Shown: positions 11,949-23,204 of the stretch, in pieces | Layout of the letters: every line of letters begins with the position of its first letter | Numbering within the stretch: position 1 is the stretch's first letter | DNA from: an uncultured Actinomycetota bacterium | GTDB taxonomy: Bacteria > Actinomycetota > Actinomycetes > Mycobacteriales > Mycobacteriaceae | Direction of reading: 5' to 3' | Assembly (NCBI GenBank): GCA_963720085.1 | Contig: CAVRER010000080.1 | Span: 94,428 to 158,427, forward strand | DNA: 64,000 nt | Position numbers and translations under genes: made by a program | The notes under the pieces: generated by a model | Seen by the model: the letters and a program-made list of their open reading frames with translations, nothing else | Told to the model about the DNA's origin: nothing | Databases searched by the model: none

Positions 11949-12413
11949 GTGTCGACCAGTCTGGCGGTTGTGCGTCTCGACCCCGGGGTTCCGCTGCCCA
12001 CCCGTGCCCACGACGGTGACGCCGGCGTTGATCTCTACAGCGCCGAAGACGTCGAGCTCGCGCCCGGACACCGCGCGCTAGTGCGGACCGGGATCGCGGT
12101 TGCCATTCCGTTCGGAATGGTCGGGTTGGTGCACCCGCGGTCTGGATTAGCTTCTCGGGCAGGGCTTTCGATCGTCAACAGCCCGGGCACAATCGATGCC
12201 GGCTACCGCGGTGAGATCAAGGTCGCCCTGATCAACCTTGATCCTGCGACGCCGATCGTCGTGCATCGCGGCGACCGGATCGCCCAATTGTTGGTACAGC
12301 GCGTCGAGTTGGTTGAACTGGTCGAGGTGTCGTCATTCGACGAGGCCGGGCTGGCCGACACCTCCCGTGGCGAGGGTGGCCACGGCTCCTCCGGCGGGCA
12401 TGCGAGTCTGTGA
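11949..12413 (+). CDS. dut: dUTP diphosphatase
   Basis: From GTG 11949: [40 protein letters not shown]...[22 protein letters not shown]...[11 protein letters not shown], 154 aa, near-identical to Rv2697c. Confidence 0.97.
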   Translation: MSTSLAVVRLDPGVPLPTRAHDGDAGVDLYSAEDVELAPGHRALVRTGIAVAIPFGMVGLVHPRSGLASRAGLSIVNSPGTIDAGYRGEIKVALINLDPATPIVVHRGDRIAQLLVQRVELVELVEVSSFDEAGLADTSRGEGGHGSSGGHASL

Positions 12414-12464
12414 CCGCGCCGGCGACGATGCAGAGCGAAGCGATGAGAAGGGGCGGCGCTTGTA

Positions 12465-13253
12465 ATGGCATTCGGTAGGCACAAACCCAAAGACGAGCCA
12501 GCCGACGAGTCGGAATCTCCGGAAGTGTCGACCCCACCGGCGGAAGCGGAAAGGCCGGTCGAGAACGCGGCCGCCGACGACACGGAGGGCCCGTTTGACA
12601 TCGAGGATTTCGACGACACCGCGACCGCAGAGGCGGGCCGTCTTGATCTCGGTTCGGTGTTGCTGCCGATGCCTGCCTCGGCCCAACTGCAAGTCGAGCT
12701 GACCGACTCCGGCATCCCCAGTGCGATATGGGTGGTGACGGCCAATGGCCGCTTCACCGTTGCCGCTTACGCGGCGCCCAAGACCGGCGGTTTATGGCGT
12801 GAGGTGGCCGGCGAGCTGGCCGACTCGCTGCGCAAGGACGGGGCCGCGGTCAGCGTCCAGGATGGCCGCTGGGGCCGGGAGGTGGTCGGCACCGCGACCG
12901 GTGTGGTCCGGTTCATCGGCATCGACGGTTACCGCTGGATGATTCGCTGCGTCGTGAACGGCTCGGCCGAAACCATCGATGCGTTGACCGAAGAAGCGCG
13001 GGAAGCGTTGGTGGACACCGTAGTTCGTCGCGGCGATACTCCTTTGCCGGTCCGGACGCCACTGCTGGTGCAGCTGCCCGAGCCGATGGCGTCACAGCTG
13101 CGCGAGGCCGCGGCCGCGCAGGGCGCGGGGGAACAGGCGGTCGCGCCGCCGGACCCTAACGTCGGGGGGGAAGACGGGCCATCCGAGCCGACCGCGCGCC
13201 GCAGTGCCGGCGGGTCGGCGATGCAGCAGCTGCGCAGCACCACCGGCGGCTAG
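12465..13253 (+). CDS. DUF3710 protein (Rv2696c-like)
   Basis: 262-aa ORF: ...GPFDIEDFDD...GRLDLGSVLLPMP...ELADSLRKDGA...RFIGIDGYRWMIRCVV, in the syntenic position after dut. Confidence 0.85.
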   Translation: MAFGRHKPKDEPADESESPEVSTPPAEAERPVENAAADDTEGPFDIEDFDDTATAEAGRLDLGSVLLPMPASAQLQVELTDSGIPSAIWVVTANGRFTVAAYAAPKTGGLWREVAGELADSLRKDGAAVSVQDGRWGREVVGTATGVVRFIGIDGYRWMIRCVVNGSAETIDALTEEAREALVDTVVRRGDTPLPVRTPLLVQLPEPMASQLREAAAAQGAGEQAVAPPDPNVGGEDGPSEPTARRSAGGSAMQQLRSTTGG

Positions 13254-13266
13254 CGGGCAATCGAGC

Positions 13267-14058
13267 TCAGACAGCTGCCAGTGCCGCCAGGCAGGCGGCG
13301 CCCAGGGCCGCGGGATCGGCGCCGATCTGATCCAGCGTTACCGTGCGCAACGCTGCGTGTGGTGCGGCGGTCGCCCATTCCTGCCCGATTTCGAGCGGAT
13401 GAATCGGGTCGTCGGTGGCGGCGGCGACGCCCATCGGCACCGCCAGCTGCTGCAGCTGCGCGTGGGTGGGCGCAACGTAGGTCGCTGCCTCTTCCATGGC
13501 GTCGGGTAGCTCCGGCCACTGGCTCCGCCACGACCGGGTCAGCTCCTCGGCCAGCCACGGCGGGCTAGACGCCCGCATTTGCGCCGTCGTCGCGTCCAGA
13601 CCGTCGTGGCGCAACTGTTGCGCGGAGTGCCGTGCCGCGATGGCGGCGGGAGCATCGCCGGGCGGACCGGTCCACGCCGGCAACGCGGCCAACACGGCCA
13701 CCGCCCGGTCGGGATGCTGTAGCGCCCAGGCGGCGGCCACCGCGGCACCGATCGAAACGCCGCCGACGGCGATCGGACCACGGCGCGCGGCGTCGTCCAA
13801 GGCGCTCAAGTAGCCGTCGATCAAGCGATTCGGCTGCGGCGGCGGTGCCAGAGCTCGCGCGCCGGCGTCGCATAGCGGTCCCGCGAATGCTCGGGTGATG
13901 TAGTCGTCGTCGGACCCTGTTCCCGGCAGCATGACGGTCGTCAGCCCGCTCAGGTCGATAGCCACACTTAGATACTGCCCGGCCGCCCCTGGGTATCCGC
14001 ACAAGGCGGGAACTAACCGGTCTACGGTGTCCGTTGGCGTGGGAGGATCGGCTTCCAA
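13267..14058 (-). CDS. Alpha/beta hydrolase-fold protein (Rv2695-like)
   Basis: 263-aa ORF (TTG start at 14058, uncertain): ...VMLPGTGSDDDYI...IAVGGVSIGAAVAAAWALQHPDR.... Confidence 0.7.
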   Translation of the reverse strand: MEADPPTPTDTVDRLVPALCGYPGAAGQYLSVAIDLSGLTTVMLPGTGSDDDYITRAFAGPLCDAGARALAPPPQPNRLIDGYLSALDDAARRGPIAVGGVSIGAAVAAAWALQHPDRAVAVLAALPAWTGPPGDAPAAIAARHSAQQLRHDGLDATTAQMRASSPPWLAEELTRSWRSQWPELPDAMEEAATYVAPTHAQLQQLAVPMGVAAATDDPIHPLEIGQEWATAAPHAALRTVTLDQIGADPAALGAACLAALAAV

Positions 14059-14100
14059 CCCGTGGAAGATGATGGACCTACAGGACGGTCAGGAGAGGCC

Positions 14101-14469
14101 ATGGCGGCGGAAGGTTATCTACGCCGGCTGACTCGTCGGTTGACGGAGGACCCCGAGCAGCGCGACGCCGAGAAGTTGTCCGACGAGGCGGTCAATACCG
14201 GCGCGCAGCGCGCCATCGACTGCGAGCGAGGCCAGGAGGTCACGATGGTCGGAATACTGCGCTGCGTGGAAACCAACGCCAAGGGTTGCGCCGACGGGGT
14301 TCGCGCCGAGCTGTTCGACGGCACCGACACCGTGACCCTGGTGTGGTTGGGACAACGACGGATTCCCGGAATCGACTCGGGCCGCACGCTGCGGGTGCGG
14401 GGTCGGCTGGGCAAGCTGGACAACGGCGCCAAGGCGATTTACAACCCGCACTACGAAATTCAGCGGTGA
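14101..14469 (+). CDS. OB-fold nucleic-acid-binding protein (Rv2694c-like)
   Basis: MAAEGYLRRLTRRLTEDPEQRDAEKLSDEA...VTLVWLGQRRIPGIDSGRTLRVRGRLG. The ATG at 14101 follows GGAGAGG. Confidence 0.8.
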   Translation: MAAEGYLRRLTRRLTEDPEQRDAEKLSDEAVNTGAQRAIDCERGQEVTMVGILRCVETNAKGCADGVRAELFDGTDTVTLVWLGQRRIPGIDSGRTLRVRGRLGKLDNGAKAIYNPHYEIQR

Positions 14470-15194
14470 AGCCTCCGGTGAACGGTGCGACAGAAGCCAG
14501 TGACGTGACTCCGGCCGCCGACAGCGAAGCAGCTGCAAACTCCACCCCAGCCGAGCGGGTGATGGCACAGCTGGGCGGCGTTCCGGGAATGATCTACTCC
14601 TCGCTGCCGGTCTTGGTGTTCGTCGGGACCTCGAGGTTGCTGGGCTTGTCGGCGGCGGTCGGCGCCGCCCTCGGCATTGCCACGCTCATCCTGCTGTGGC
14701 GGCTTATCCGGCGCGAGTCCGCGCAACCGGCGGTGTCGGGACTGATCGGCGTCGCGGTCTGCGCACTGATTGCCTACCTGCTGGGGGAGTCCAAGGGATA
14801 TTTCCTGCTGGGCATCTGGACGTCCCTGTTCTGGGCGGCGGTATTCGCGGTTTCCATCCTGATTCGGCGGCCGGTTGTCGGCTACATCTGGAGCTGGCTG
14901 GGCGGTCACGATCGAGCTTGGCGCGACGTGCGCCGTGCCGTCTACGCCTTCGATGTCGCCACGCTCACCTGGGTGCTGGTCTTCGGCGCCCGCTTCGTTG
15001 TGCAGCGCCTGCTTTATGCGTCCGACCACACGGGCTGGCTCGTGGTGGCGCGGATAGCGATGGGCTGGCCGCTGACCGCAGCGTCGGCGGTGGTGACCTA
15101 CCTAGCGATCAAGGCGGTGCAGCGCGCCCTGGAGACGACCAGCGTCACTGCAGAGGCAGCAACAGCTGGCGCAACTCCTCCTCCACCTCGGTGA
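14466..15194 (+). CDS. DUF3159 membrane protein (Rv2693c-like)
   Basis: GTG 14466 overlaps the upstream stop (GTGA). Multi-TM ...GMIYSSLPVLVFV...LLGIWTSLFWAAVFAVSILIRRPVVGYIW.... Confidence 0.8.
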   Translation: MKPPVNGATEASDVTPAADSEAAANSTPAERVMAQLGGVPGMIYSSLPVLVFVGTSRLLGLSAAVGAALGIATLILLWRLIRRESAQPAVSGLIGVAVCALIAYLLGESKGYFLLGIWTSLFWAAVFAVSILIRRPVVGYIWSWLGGHDRAWRDVRRAVYAFDVATLTWVLVFGARFVVQRLLYASDHTGWLVVARIAMGWPLTAASAVVTYLAIKAVQRALETTSVTAEAATAGATPPPPR

Positions 15195-15807
15195 CGGCCA
15201 CAAACAGCAACTCGTCGCCACCCTCCAGCGGCTCATCGTCCTGCGGCACGATGACCCTGGGCCCACGCAGGATCGTCACCAGCGCGGCATCGCGCGGCAG
15301 CTGCAATTTCCGCACCGGCTTGCCGCCCCACGGCGTGTCGTCGGGCAGGGTGATCTCGACGAGATTGGCCTGACCGTTCCGGAACTCCATCAGCCGCACC
15401 AGGTCTCCGACCGCGACGGCCTCCTCGATCAAGGACGCCAGCATCCGCGGAGTCGACACCGCCACGTCGACGCCCCAGGCATCGGTGAACAGCCACTCGT
15501 TGCGGGGATCGTTGACCCGGGCCACCACCCGGGGCACCGCGAACTCGGTCTTGGCCAGCAAGCTGAGCACCACGTTCGCTTTGTCGTCGCCGGTGGCCGC
15601 CACCACAACGTCGAAATCTTCCAGACCTATCGACTGCAGCAAGCTCATCTCGCAGGCGTCGCCGAGCCGCCAGTGCGCACCCTTGATGGCGTCGACGTCA
15701 ATGTGCTCGGGGTTGCGTTCGATCAGCGACACGTCGTGACCGTTTTCCAGCAGTTCACGGGCGACCGAGCGGCCGACCGCGCCGGCTCCAGCGATAGCTA
15801 CCTTCAT
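15145..15807 (-). CDS. ceoC: TrkA-type K+ uptake regulatory protein (CeoC)
   Basis: MKVAIAGAGAVGRSVARELLENGHDVSLIE... has the Rossmann TrkA-N plus TrkA-C domains. Its ATGA overlaps the ceoB stop. Confidence 0.88.
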   Translation of the reverse strand: MKVAIAGAGAVGRSVARELLENGHDVSLIERNPEHIDVDAIKGAHWRLGDACEMSLLQSIGLEDFDVVVAATGDDKANVVLSLLAKTEFAVPRVVARVNDPRNEWLFTDAWGVDVAVSTPRMLASLIEEAVAVGDLVRLMEFRNGQANLVEITLPDDTPWGGKPVRKLQLPRDAALVTILRGPRVIVPQDDEPLEGGDELLFVAVTEVEEELRQLLLPLQ

Positions 15808-16475
15808 GGCTCGAGGTCCTCGCTGGGTGGCAACGCCGCGACGGCCAACGCCTCTGCCACGCGGCCGGAAATGGCGGCGATGTAGACCTGATCGCCGGCC
15901 TGGATCACCGTCTTCGGTTCAGGAAGCACGCCGGTGCCGAATCGGATCAGAAACGCCACCCGAGCACCGGTGGCCGTCTCCAGATCGGTGGCCCGGCGGC
16001 CCACCCAGTCCTCGTGCAGCGCGACCTCGACGACCGCGACGGTCCCGGTCGGGTCTCGCCACTTGGTGGTCTCGGTATCTTGGGTGAGCGCGTTGAGCAG
16101 CCGATCGGTGGTCCAGGGCACGGTGGCAATCGTCGGAATGCCGAGCCGTTCATAGACCTCAGCGCGTTTGGCGTCATAGATCCGCGCGACCACCCGCGGC
16201 ACGCGAAAGATTTCCCGCGCCAGCCGCGCCGAAATGATGTTGGAGTTGTCGCCGGATGACACCGCGGCGAACGCATCGGCGTCCTCGATGCCGGCCCTGA
16301 GCAGCACGTCTCGGTCGAAGCCCAGGCCGAGGACGCGCTCGCCGGCGAAGTCGGGGCTCAGCCGGCTAAACGCGGTGCTGTCGCTGTCGATGACCGCGAC
16401 GTCGTGGCCGATCCGAGACAACCCGTCCGCCACCGACGACCCCACCCTGCCGCAGCCCATCACAACCACTCGCAC
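15804..16475 (-). CDS. ceoB: TrkA-type K+ uptake regulatory protein (CeoB)
   Basis: From GTG 16475: VRVVVMGCGRVGSSVADGLSRIGHDVAVIDSD.... The track ORF is extended upstream to 16661. Confidence 0.88.
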   Translation of the reverse strand: MRVVVMGCGRVGSSVADGLSRIGHDVAVIDSDSTAFSRLSPDFAGERVLGLGFDRDVLLRAGIEDADAFAAVSSGDNSNIISARLAREIFRVPRVVARIYDAKRAEVYERLGIPTIATVPWTTDRLLNALTQDTETTKWRDPTGTVAVVEVALHEDWVGRRATDLETATGARVAFLIRFGTGVLPEPKTVIQAGDQVYIAAISGRVAEALAVAALPPSEDLEP

Positions 16476-16575
16476 TTGCGGGTCCTCTCGGGAGGATGCC
16501 AGCCAGTTTGGGCCGGAACGTTGTCGTCTAAAGAACCGTACCGGGCAATCCCGGGTGGGCTTACTCTTGGCTCTC

Positions 16576-18570
16576 GTGTCCAAACTTTCGACCGCGGCGC
16601 GTCGGCTGATTTTGGGTCGGCCGTTTCGCAGCGATCGGCTGAGCCACACACTGCTGCCCAAGCGGATCGCCTTGCCGGTGTTCGCTTCCGATGCGTTGTC
16701 CTCGGTGGCCTACGCCCCCGAAGAGGTCTTCCTTATGCTGTCGGTGGCCGGGCTGGCGGCGTACTCGTTGACACCGTGGATCGGCCTGGCGGTGGCGGCG
16801 GTGATGCTGGTCGTGGTGGCCAGCTACCGGCAGAACGTGCATGCCTACCCATCCGGCGGCGGCGACTACGAAGTGGTCACCACCAACCTGGGCGCTAACG
16901 CCGGCCTTGCGGTCGCGAGCGCCCTGATGGTGGATTACGTTCTCACGGTGGCTGTTTCGACGGCATCGGCCATGTCGAATATCGGATCTGCCCTTCCGTT
17001 CGTGGCCACCCACAAGGTGTTGTTCTGCGTAGCCGCGATCCTGTTGGTGATGGCGATGAACCTGCGCGGTGTGCGTGAGTCTGGGGTGGCCTTCGCTATT
17101 CCGACCTACGCGTTCATCGTCGGCGTTGGCCTCATGCTCGGATGGGGATTGTTCCGGATTTATGTCTTTGGCGAGCCGCTTCGGGCGGAATCCGCCGGCT
17201 TCGTGATGCGTGCCGAGCGTAGCCAGATCGCCGGCTTTGCCATGGTGTTCCTGGTGGCGCGATCGTTCTCATCGGGCTGTGCGGCGCTCACCGGTGTGGA
17301 AGCGATCAGCAACGGAGTGCCGGCATTCCGGAAACCCAAATCGCGCAATGCGGCAACGACACTGCTTATGCTGGGCACGATTTCGGTCAGCCTGTTGATG
17401 GGCATCATCCTGCTGGCGGAGAAGACCAGGGTGCAGATCGTCGACGATCCCGCCACGCAGCTGAGCGGTATCCCGCACGATTATCAACAGAAGACGCTGG
17501 TGACCCAGATCGCGCAGACGGTGTTCGGCAGCTTCCACATCGGTTTTCTGCTGATCGCAGCGGTGACCGCGCTCATCCTGGCGCTGGCGGCCAATACGGC
17601 GTTCAACGGGTTCCCGGTACTGGGCTCGGTGCTAGCGCAACACAGTTATCTTCCCCGCCAACTACATACGCGGGGCGACCGGCTAGCATTCTCCAACGGC
17701 ATCGTGTTCCTGGCGGTGGCGGCTCTCGCGGCGATCATTGCGTTCCGCGCGCAGGTCAACGCGCTGATTCAGCTCTACATCGTCGGGGTGTTCATTTCGT
17801 TCACACTGAGCCAAATCGGCATGGTCCGACATTGGACTCGGTTGCTGCGCAATGAGACCGATCCCGCAGTCCGGCGCACGATGCTGCGGTCCCGCGTGGT
17901 CAACACGATCGGGTTCGTGTCCACCGGCACGGTGCTGTTCGTGGTATCGATCACCAAGTTCCTTGCCGGGGCGTGGATCGCTGTTGTCGCCATGGTTTTG
18001 CTTTTCGTCGTCATGAAGATGATCCGCAAGCATTACGATGCTGTCAGCCAGGAACTGGAGCAGCAGGCTGCCGAAGACACTGAAGTCGTCTTGCCCAGCC
18101 GCAACCACGCCGTGGTACTGGTGTCGAAGTTGCATCTGCCGACACTGCGCGCGGTGGCCTACGCACGCGCGACGCGGCCCGATGTAGTGGAGGCCGTCAC
18201 AGTGAGCGTCGACGACGCGGAGACCCGGGATTTGGTCCGCAGATGGGAAGACAGCGATATCAGCGTGCCGCTGAAAGTCATCGCTTCGCCGTACCGTGAA
18301 ATCACCCGCCCAATACTGGATTACGTCAAACGAGTGAGTAAAGAATCGCCGCGCAGCGTGGTGACGGTCTTCCTTCCGGAGTACGTCGTGGGCCACTGGT
18401 GGGAGCACCTGCTGCACAACCAGAGCGCGCTGCGGCTGAAGGGCCGGTTGCTGTTCATGCCGGGGGTAATGGTGACATCGGTTCCCTGGCAACTTAATTC
18501 GTCGGAGCGTCTCAAGACGATGCACCCGCGTGCGGCGCCCGGCGACGCCCGTCGGGGGATTTTCGATTGA
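16576..18570 (+). CDS. APC-superfamily amino acid/cation permease with cytoplasmic C-terminal domain (Rv2690c-like)
   Basis: From GTG 16576: VSKLSTAARRLILGRPFRSDRLSHTLLPKRIALPVFASDALSSVAYAPEEVF..., ~12 TM segments, 664 aa. It is divergent from ceoB. Confidence 0.85.
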   Translation: MSKLSTAARRLILGRPFRSDRLSHTLLPKRIALPVFASDALSSVAYAPEEVFLMLSVAGLAAYSLTPWIGLAVAAVMLVVVASYRQNVHAYPSGGGDYEVVTTNLGANAGLAVASALMVDYVLTVAVSTASAMSNIGSALPFVATHKVLFCVAAILLVMAMNLRGVRESGVAFAIPTYAFIVGVGLMLGWGLFRIYVFGEPLRAESAGFVMRAERSQIAGFAMVFLVARSFSSGCAALTGVEAISNGVPAFRKPKSRNAATTLLMLGTISVSLLMGIILLAEKTRVQIVDDPATQLSGIPHDYQQKTLVTQIAQTVFGSFHIGFLLIAAVTALILALAANTAFNGFPVLGSVLAQHSYLPRQLHTRGDRLAFSNGIVFLAVAALAAIIAFRAQVNALIQLYIVGVFISFTLSQIGMVRHWTRLLRNETDPAVRRTMLRSRVVNTIGFVSTGTVLFVVSITKFLAGAWIAVVAMVLLFVVMKMIRKHYDAVSQELEQQAAEDTEVVLPSRNHAVVLVSKLHLPTLRAVAYARATRPDVVEAVTVSVDDAETRDLVRRWEDSDISVPLKVIASPYREITRPILDYVKRVSKESPRSVVTVFLPEYVVGHWWEHLLHNQSALRLKGRLLFMPGVMVTSVPWQLNSSERLKTMHPRAAPGDARRGIFD

Positions 18571-19780
18571 CATCCGAATCCTGCGCCGGGCTATCAGCCG
18601 CTTTGGGAGAACTGACGTTGACCGTCGGCGCGCCGGCCAACGGAGGCAGCTGCGTGGCACGTCACGATGGCCGGGTGGTGTTCGTCCGCTATGCGCTGCC
18701 CGGCGAGCGGGTGCGGGTGCGGGTCACCGCAGACCGGGGTTCTTACTGGCACGCCGAGGCCGTTGAGGTAATCGAGCCGTCCGACGACCGTCGGGCCTCG
18801 CTATGCCCGATCGCCGGGGTGGAGGGTGCAGGTTGCTGCGATCTGGCTTTCGTCGAGCCGACGGCCGCGCGTGCACTCAAAGCCGAAGTGGTATCCAATC
18901 AGCTTGCTCGCCTTGGCAATTACCAGTGGAGTGGAGTCGTCGAACCGCTCTCACAAGTCGGCCCGACCGGATGGCGAACCCGGGTCCGGCTTGACGTCGG
19001 CGCTGACGGCCGTCCCGGATTTCATCGCTACCGCAGCGATGAGCTGGTCGCCGATCTCAATTGCGGTCAGCTGCCCGCCGGGATGACCGACGGTCTTGCT
19101 TGCACCGCGTGGCCGCCCGGCGCGCAGCTGCACGTCGTCATCGACGACGACGATCAACGGCATGTGGTGCGCACGGCGCGACAGGGCCGACGAACCTCGA
19201 CCGAGGTGGTCGAGGGCAGCTACCAGGGCGTGCAGCGGGCGGGTCGGCACAGCTGGCAGGTACCGGTGACGGCTTTCTGGCAGGCCCATCGCGACGCGGC
19301 ACGGACTTACAGCGCACTGGTGGGCGACTGGGCTCAACCGGGCCCGGGCATGACCGCCTGGGATCTCTACGGTGGCGTAGGGGTTTTCGCCGCGGTGCTC
19401 GCTGACGCGGTGGGGGAGTCCGGACTGGTGGTAAGTGTCGACAGCTCGCGGCCCGCGTCGCGAGCGGCGCGCGCAACATTGGCCGATCTCGCGCAGGTGA
19501 GTGTGATCACCGATTCGGTGCGGCGGGCATTGGCCGTCAACGCCGCGGTGCCGATGTGGCGGTGCTGGATCCGCCGCGCGCCGGCGCCGGACGTGACGTG
19601 ATCGACCTGCTGGCCGCGGCCGAGGTGCCGCGGGTGGTGCATATCGGTTGTGAGGTCGCATCATTCGCGCGCGACATCGGTCTGTATCAACGGCACGGCT
19701 ATGCGGTCGAGAAGATCTCGGTGTTCGACTCGTTCCCGCTGACCCATCACACCGAGTGCGTCGCGCTGTTGACGCGCTGA
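18567..19780 (+). pseudogene. TrmA/RumA-family SAM-dependent RNA methyltransferase (Rv2689c-like) with one frameshift near 19551
   Basis: Frame 1 (18567..19601) carries the TRAM-like N-terminus (...GSCVARHDGRVVFVRYALPGERVRVRV...) and the SAM-binding core (WDLYGGVGVFAAVLA). The conserved C-terminus DVAVLDPPRAGAGRDVIDLL...HIGCEVASFARD continues in another frame (19556..19780). A one-base loss at gtgCCgatgtg restores a single ORF. Confidence 0.75.
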
Positions 19781-19783
19781 CGA

Positions 19784-21073
19784 CTACGCAAGAACGAAGT
19801 ACCGCAGCCACAAGTAGACCCCGCAGAGCACGGTGGAGATCGTGGTGATCACGATGCCCTTGCGGGTGAATTCCCAAAATGAGATGGGGTGGCCGGATCG
19901 CAAGGCGATGCCGAGCATGACGATGTTGGCGCTGGATCCGACGGCGGTCAGGTTGCCGCCCAAGTCGCCGCCCAGCGCCAGCGACCACCACAGCACGTGG
20001 TGGTGGTGCGGTCCGGCCATTGTCGAGGCCAGGTGGCTGACGATCGGCGTCATCGTGGCCACGTAGGGAACGTTGTCGATGAAACCGGACACCAGTGTCG
20101 AAATACCCAGGATCAGCATGGTGGTCAGCAAGACGTTGCCGCCGGTGAAGTCGGCTGCCAGCTCGCCCAGGAACTTGATGACCCCGGTTTTGAACAGGGC
20201 GCCCACCATGATGAACAGGCCGACCATGAACAGCAGGGTGTCCCATTCGACGTTCGACAAATACTCGGATTGTTCCAGGCGTGAGGTCAGGATGAGAATG
20301 CCGGCGCCCAGCAATGCCACCAGGGACGGCGCGATGTGGATAGCCGGTGAGACGATGAACCCGGCCAACACCACGAGCATGACAACGCCACACTTGATGA
20401 GCAGCCGACGATCTCGGATCGCATCACTCTCTTGCAGCGACATGACGTCGGCGACTTTTTCGGCACTGACGGCTGAAAGGCCGCGGAACATCACCGGCGA
20501 TACGGCGAGCAGGACCAGCAGCACGATGACGACGATCGGGGCCATGTTCACCAGAAAGGCATTGAAGGACAAAGCCTTGCGGGCGCCGATGATGATGTTC
20601 GGCGGATCGCCGACCAGTGTCGCCGCGCCTCCGACATTGGAGGCGAACACCTCGGCCAGCAACAGCGGTACCGGGTTGATCTCCAGCGCGTCGCACACCA
20701 GCAGGGTGACCGGGGCGATCAGCAACACCGAGACGACGTTGGGCAGTATGGCCGAGGCGAACGCCATCACCACCATCAGCAGCATCATGATCCGCAGCGG
20801 CGAGCCGTTGGCGCGCTTGACGGCCCAGATCGCGACGTATTCGAACACACCGGTCTGGCGCAGGATGCTGACAATCATCATCATCCCGAGCATCAAAAAG
20901 ATGACGTCCCAGTCGATTCCGTTGTCCTGGGAGTAGAACACGTCGGGCGAGTCCATCACCGGCAGGAACACCATCAGCCCGGCACCGACCAGCGCGACCG
21001 TGGTCTTGTTGAACCGCTCACTGATGATGAATGCGTAGGCGAGCACGAACACGGTGATCGCGTAATACATCAT
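19784..21073 (-). CDS. ArsB/NhaD-superfamily permease, copy 1 (intact, 429 aa; Rv2684/Rv2685-like)
   Basis: [32 protein letters not shown]...[32 protein letters not shown]...[11 protein letters not shown]... Confidence 0.85.
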   Translation of the reverse strand: MMYYAITVFVLAYAFIISERFNKTTVALVGAGLMVFLPVMDSPDVFYSQDNGIDWDVIFLMLGMMMIVSILRQTGVFEYVAIWAVKRANGSPLRIMMLLMVVMAFASAILPNVVSVLLIAPVTLLVCDALEINPVPLLLAEVFASNVGGAATLVGDPPNIIIGARKALSFNAFLVNMAPIVVIVLLVLLAVSPVMFRGLSAVSAEKVADVMSLQESDAIRDRRLLIKCGVVMLVVLAGFIVSPAIHIAPSLVALLGAGILILTSRLEQSEYLSNVEWDTLLFMVGLFIMVGALFKTGVIKFLGELAADFTGGNVLLTTMLILGISTLVSGFIDNVPYVATMTPIVSHLASTMAGPHHHHVLWWSLALGGDLGGNLTAVGSSANIVMLGIALRSGHPISFWEFTRKGIVITTISTVLCGVYLWLRYFVLA

Positions 21074-21292
21074 TGGCGCGTTCCCCCGGACGCCCGGTCA
21101 GTGTTTCGGTGCTACGGCCGGCAGGGGCGCGACAGGGGAGTCGATGTTCACGGCCGCGATCTCTTCGACGATCTCCCCGACACGCCCGCAGCCTATAACA
21201 ACACCCTGTCAGGTTTCTGTGGGGTCAGGTTGCATCGCAACAGGTTTCGGCCGAACCGTTAACGAAAGGTGAATTCCCAAGAACTAGGTTTA

Positions 21293-21739
21293 CTACTTTT
21301 TTAAAGCCGCGGCCAGTAAGCGTGACGCGGTGATCACCCCGTGCAACTTGTTGTCTTTGACCACGGCGACTAGCGGGCTTCGCAGGCGCGCCATCACCTC
21401 GGCCACCTCGATGATGGTGTCGTCGGCGTCGGCCACGGGAATGTGCTGGCGTTGCTTTGGCAGCATGTCGCGGATCGTTTTGCCGCTTAGCTTCTCTGCG
21501 GCGTGGTCGGCCATCGATTCGGTCAAAACGCTGGCCAGGCCCGGATCGTCCTGCACATAGCCGGGCACGATGAACCGGACGACCTGGGAGGCCGGTAGCA
21601 CGGCGTACGGCGTTTCGGACGTGTCGGTGACCACCACGATCCCGTTCAGCCGGTGCTCGGCGAGTAGACGGACCGCATCAAGCGCATCTGAGTCGATATT
21701 GACGACCGGGAACTTCTCGTCGAGATCCTCTGCCCGCAC
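21293..21739 (-). CDS. CBS-domain pair protein, copy 1 (Rv2683-like)
   Basis: 148 aa: VRAEDLDEKFPVVNIDSDALDAVRLLAEHRLNGIVVV...[25 protein letters not shown]. Confidence 0.85.
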   Translation of the reverse strand: MRAEDLDEKFPVVNIDSDALDAVRLLAEHRLNGIVVVTDTSETPYAVLPASQVVRFIVPGYVQDDPGLASVLTESMADHAAEKLSGKTIRDMLPKQRQHIPVADADDTIIEVAEVMARLRSPLVAVVKDNKLHGVITASRLLAAALKK

Positions 21740-21846
21740 ACCGACACAATACTTGCGCCGAGAAGCTTCCGGTGATCGGGATCGGCATCAGGATTTCGTC
21801 GGCTTCGGCCGATCGGTCGATGACGTCGCCCAGGTGGCGGGCCGGG

Positions 21847-23149
21847 CTAGCTGAAGGCGAAGTAGCGCAGCCACAGATAGCCGACGGAAATCACCGCCGA
21901 GACCAGGGCCACTACCGCCCCTCTTTTGGTGAAATCCCAGAACGACACCGGGCTGCCGGCGCGTTGCGCAATCCCGACCACGACGATGTTCGCGCTGGCC
22001 CCCACAGCGGTGAGGTTGCCACCGAGGACGGTGCCCAGTAGCAGGGCCCACCACAGCACGCCCGAGTCGGCATGGCCGTGAATGGACGAGGCGAACTCGC
22101 CGACGATCGGTGTCATGGTGGCGGCATAGGGAACGTTGTTGACAAACCCGCTGAACAGGAAGGACACCCCGAGGATCAGCATCGTCGTCAGCCATAAATT
22201 GCCGCCGGTGGCATGGCTGGCCGCATGGGCGAGGTTATTGATGACGCCGGTCCTGCACCAGGGCCCCGACCATGATGAACAGTCCCGCGAAGAACAGCAG
22301 CGTTTCCCACTCGACGCTGGACAGGTAGAACTCACGGTCCAGGCCGGAGATCAAGATCAGGATGCCCGCACCGGTCATCGCCACCAGCGACGGCTCCATG
22401 TGGATCACATGGTGCGCGACGAATCCGGCGAACACCGCGAGCAAGACGATCCCGCATTGGATCAGCAGCTTGCGGTTACGGATCGCTTCACTCTCGTCGA
22501 GCGTCATGATATCGGCGACCCGCGCGGGGTCGACGGTGAAAGAGCCGGGAAATAGGCGCGGGATCAGCGCCAGCAGGGCGGCGAGCACGATGATCACCGC
22601 CGGACCCATGTTGGCCAGGAACGAAATGAAACTCAGGTGGGCTCCGGTGCCGATGATGATCGTGGTCGGGTCACCGACCAGGGTGGCCGCGCCACCGATG
22701 TTGGCGGCGAACGCCTCGACGATGAGAAATGGCACTGCACTGACTGCCAGTCGGTCGCACACCAGCAGGGTGACCGGTGCGATCAACAAGACCGTGGTCA
22801 CGTTGTCCAGGAAGGCCGATCCGACCGCGGTCACCAGCACCAGCAGGATCATGATCCGCAGCGGAGACCCCTTGGCGCGCTTGGCCGACCAGATCGCTAT
22901 GTATTCGAACACCCCGGTCTGGCGGACCACGCTGATGATGATCATCATCCCAAGGAGCAAAAAGATGACATCCCAGTCGATCCCGGTGTCGCGCGAGTAG
23001 AAGACCTCATCGGAATTGATGACCGGCAAGAAGAACACGGCCACCGCGCCGGCCAGCGCCACCATGGTCTTGTTGAAACGCTCGGTGGTGATCAACGCGT
23101 AGGCGACCACGAACACCGCCGCCGCGTAGATGGCGTGAATTGTGTTCAT
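21847..23149 (-). pseudogene. ArsB/NhaD-superfamily permease, copy 2, frameshifted near 22254
   Basis: The N-terminal 304 aa (22235..23149) and C-terminal 162 aa (21847..22335) lie in different frames. Compared with copy 3 (ggtccgcaccag), copy 2 reads ggtccTgcaccag, a 1-nt insertion after ...LFIMVGALV. Confidence 0.8.
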
Positions 23150-23204
23150 CGGTTGTCCTGCCGTCGGGCACGCGCCTGGCTGGGCATGTGCGGCGAAGCG
23201 GCGC

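Noticed and set aside
21074-21292. 219-nt spacer between CBS copy 1 and permease copy 1 as a possible riboswitch or sRNA
   Set aside because: I could not see a conserved structure or known riboswitch motif by inspection. It is kept only as a note inside the cassette finding.
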